A DNA stretch of 64,000 nucleotides from an uncultured bacterium (GTDB taxonomy: Bacteria; Verrucomicrobiota; Verrucomicrobiia; Limisphaerales; UBA8199): contig CAVVMW010000002.1 of the NCBI GenBank assembly GCA_963749495.1, forward strand, positions 10,591-74,590. Direction: 5' to 3'. Both the position numbers and the translations under genes were made by a program. This document shows positions 59,722 to 64,000 of the stretch, in pieces (position 1 is the stretch's first letter; every line of letters begins with the position of its first letter). The notes under the pieces were generated by a model. The model saw only the letters and a program-made list of their open reading frames with translations. It was not told the DNA's origin and ran no database searches.

Positions 59722-60162
59722 CTATTCCGTGACCCTTTTCCGGCGCTTGGCGGCGAACCTCCAAATCGTTCGAACCACCTGCCCCAATTCGTCGAAGCCG
59801 GCCGGTTTCTCCAAGTAGAGATTGGCGCCCAGGGCCATCGCCCGCTGCCGGTGTGCCTCGTAAGCGGACCCGCAAAACACGATGACCGGCACCGCGGCGT
59901 GCGGGGAATGCCGGCGCCATTCCAGGAAATCGAACCCGCTCTCGCCCGGCATCATCAGGTCCAGCAGGATGACGTCGGGCACCGGGTGCAGCGCGCGGTC
60001 GGCGTAGGCGCCGCGTCCCTCCAGGATCTCAACGGCCTGCTGGGTGCCGGTGGCCGTATAGACCCAGATGTCCAGGTCAGTCTTTTCCGCCGCCGCCCCA
60101 AACAGGGCCAAATCGTTGTGGTCGTCATCCACATAGAGGATTCGCAAGCGTCCCGCTTCCAT
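59722..60162 (-). CDS. Single-domain response regulator
   Basis: ILYVDDD, ILLDLMMP, YLEKP. Confidence 0.92.
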   Translation of the reverse strand: MEAGRLRILYVDDDHNDLALFGAAAEKTDLDIWVYTATGTQQAVEILEGRGAYADRALHPVPDVILLDLMMPGESGFDFLEWRRHSPHAAVPVIVFCGSAYEAHRQRAMALGANLYLEKPAGFDELGQVVRTIWRFAAKRRKRVTE

Positions 60163-60509
60163 TCGGACTGCAAGATGAAAAGCCGGGCCTGACTTGGCAA
60201 GCACCAAGAGTGGATTAGTGGATTGATGGATTGATGGATTAGCGGGCGCATCGTGACACTGCCCCCGGAGTGCGCCCGTCCCCGGGCGCAGCGGCAACGG
60301 AGCGGGCAGGCGCGCGGGAGGGTTTGACCGCTGCCCTCGCTCCGGAGGTCGCTGTGCCCGGGGACGGGCGCACTCCGGTCTGGCCCCCGGCGGTCGGGGC
60401 AGTGTCAGGAAGCGCCCTGGATTGGTGGATTGCGGGGGGGGCCCTCTCCTGCCGCCCGATGGGGAGAGGGAGCACCGCCGCCACGTTTCACGTTTCACGC
60501 TGCGAATTT

Positions 60510-60740
60510 CCCGGTAGCCGGTCAGTGAAGGCGGAGAAGGAGTGCCGGGCCGACCGCTCACCCCGGCCCTCTCGGTCCAAGGTTCCGGGCGTGGGAATGG
60601 TCACGCGTCGCGTAGCGACGCCTGAAAGCGTCGCGGTTTTCAGGCGTCGCAACGCGACGCGGTTGAGCTTGGGCCATGGGTCCGTGGACTGGAAGTCCAC
60701 GGCTACCATCGGGCACCGCTACGCGGTGAGCCCGGGGGCA
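60510..60740. repeat. Composite REP/MITE (families B and C), inverted
   Basis: Reverse-complement match to 51425-51714. Confidence 0.85.
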
Positions 60741-60892
60741 ATGACGTTCCCACCTTCACTGAGCCTTACATTTCCCGAATTTTCCCTGTTGACAGGCGTG
60801 GACAAATGCTGGAATAATAGGATCAACAGCCCAGACGCAGGCGAAACGATAACTAGAGCAGCATTTGCCGCGTTGCCAACTCGAATCGAGCC

Positions 60893-61750
<858 letters not shown>

Positions 61751-61794
61751 ACGGCCTGCGCGGGGGCTTTCCCCGCTTCCGTCTCTCGGGTACG

Positions 61795-62048
61795 ATTGAA
61801 ACTGCCGGTCAGCCCACGGCGCCTTCTTGCCCCGCAGGGGGTTTCCGACAATAGCCCGGCGTTTCAACACCGGGTGAGCGGACCCAAGGAGCAGGTCCGT
61901 CCCGAAGGGACGGCTGAAAGCAAGGAGTGTTTTCGGTCGTCCCTTCGGGACGAGGGTCCCTTTCGTGGCCTCCCCGGCGTTGAAACGCCGGGCTATTGTC
62001 AGATGTCCCTCCGGGACAAAACTCCCGAGGCGCATGCCCGACGCTTTT
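61795..62048. repeat. REP/MITE family A, inverted copy
   Basis: Reverse-complement match to 1868-2120. Confidence 0.85.
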
Positions 62049-62427
62049 AATCGCCTCCCCTCCCTCCCTCCCGGTTAAAAGGAGAGCAGTGTCGTGAGGG
62101 CACATCTTCCGCGTAATTCATTTGTAAGTCCCTGATTCCCAAGAGCTTGCGGAGTGCCGGTTTTTTGAGCGGGGGGCGCCGGATTCGGTCAAGACGCCCC
62201 CGTGTCGTGATTTTGAGGGACTTGCTCCGGGAGACGGCCCAACATGTCTTTTTTGTCCCGATGATTGTGCTTTACAATGGGCGCGGGATTTCTTATAACT
62301 TGCCTTGCGTTGACCAAACTGCGAATTCCCAGTTGACAGGCGTGGGCAACTTTTGCGGCGATATTGTCAGAAGCGCAGACGGTGGACTGGCTAGAGCTTC
62401 GTCCACGCTGCCAACTCAACTCGAGCT

Positions 62428-63378
<951 letters not shown>

Positions 63379-63499
63379 GGTGGGAGGTTGCACCGGCCGC
63401 CCCGTAAACGCCGGTTCACGGGGCCACGGGACAGTTTGATCCCGACAGTTTCTTGCGCCGTTGCAGTCCCCGCTGCAACGGCGCATCTGGACACTGCCC

Positions 63500-63600
63500 C
63501 CTGGAGCGCCGGCTTTAGCCGGCTTTGCGCGCACCTGGACCCCTGCCGTGCCCCCATTTAACATTGGACATCCAAAGCCGGCTAAAGCCGGCGCTCCGGT
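63500..63600. repeat. REP-like inverted pair
   Basis: GGAGCGCCGGCTTTAGCCGGCT ... AGCCGGCTAAAGCCGGCGCTCC. Confidence 0.75.
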
Positions 63601-63685
63601 CCTTCGGCATTGGCGGCGGGGGCAGTGTCCGGATGCGCCCGGGGGCCAAGGCAGCAATTTAAGGGACCACGAGGGTCGAGGGAGT

Positions 63686-63710
63686 TGGTGGAGGCGGCGG
63701 GAGTTGAATC
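63686..63710 (-). other. 3'-end fragment of tmRNA (or tRNA), likely att site
   Basis: Minus strand GATTCAACTCCCGCCGCCTCCACCA = T-arm, acceptor and CCA, with no upstream body. Confidence 0.7.
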
Positions 63711-64000
63711 TGTGCAAGCCCATATTTAGCGTTATCTGATGCGGTGAGGGTTTGCTAAGAAAATGTTGGGTATTGCCATGTTTTATGCGTGCCCTGTTGA
63801 CGAAACTCCGTTAGTCCCCTGGAAAAGCCTCACAGCCCGTGCCAAGTCCTTCTAAATCGTTTGTCCCGTCCAGTCCCGTCCAAACGTCTGGACGTGTGCC
63901 AATGCCTGGACGTGTCCAGCCGGACTGCCATCGAGGCGCTCGCCGTTCGAGCGCTGGCCTGGCCGGCCACGTTGCGCCAGAAAGCCGGTGTCGCTTGCTG

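Overview
GC-rich bacterial window. The gene content (DUF1080, prepilin/H-X9-DG proteins, ECF sigma-Ser/Thr kinase-WD40 pair, HEAT and Gfo/Idh/MocA proteins) suggests a Verrucomicrobiota/PVC genome; this is inference. The backbone is thiC with a TPP riboswitch, hisG, a small basic bS22/mS38-like protein, a TPR protein, a Gld-like ABC operon, ybeY-phoH-HIT, der, class II RNR nrdJ with tandem NrdR boxes, AsmA, an M20 peptidase, maf and a Zn metalloprotease. The most striking accessory feature is at about 3.4-8.75 kb. Five identical 56-bp repeats resembling an IS91/ISCR oriIS end separate unrelated, truncated gene fragments of 0-1572 bp. They adjoin a remnant IS91-family rolling-circle transposase, which suggests an HUH-built DNA-capture array. 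That island, and a second one after nrdJ, are each bounded by a duplicated 3' end of the host gene with no integrase in view. Also present: a tandem ISKra4-like dimer with a 9-bp TSD and CpG-biased G/A differences, a 5'-truncated group II intron, TA modules, an ATPase plus putative nuclease pair, several REP/MITE families and a tmRNA-like att fragment. Many single-base frameshifts in conserved genes suggest assembly indel errors. All calls come from reading the sequence; no searches were run.
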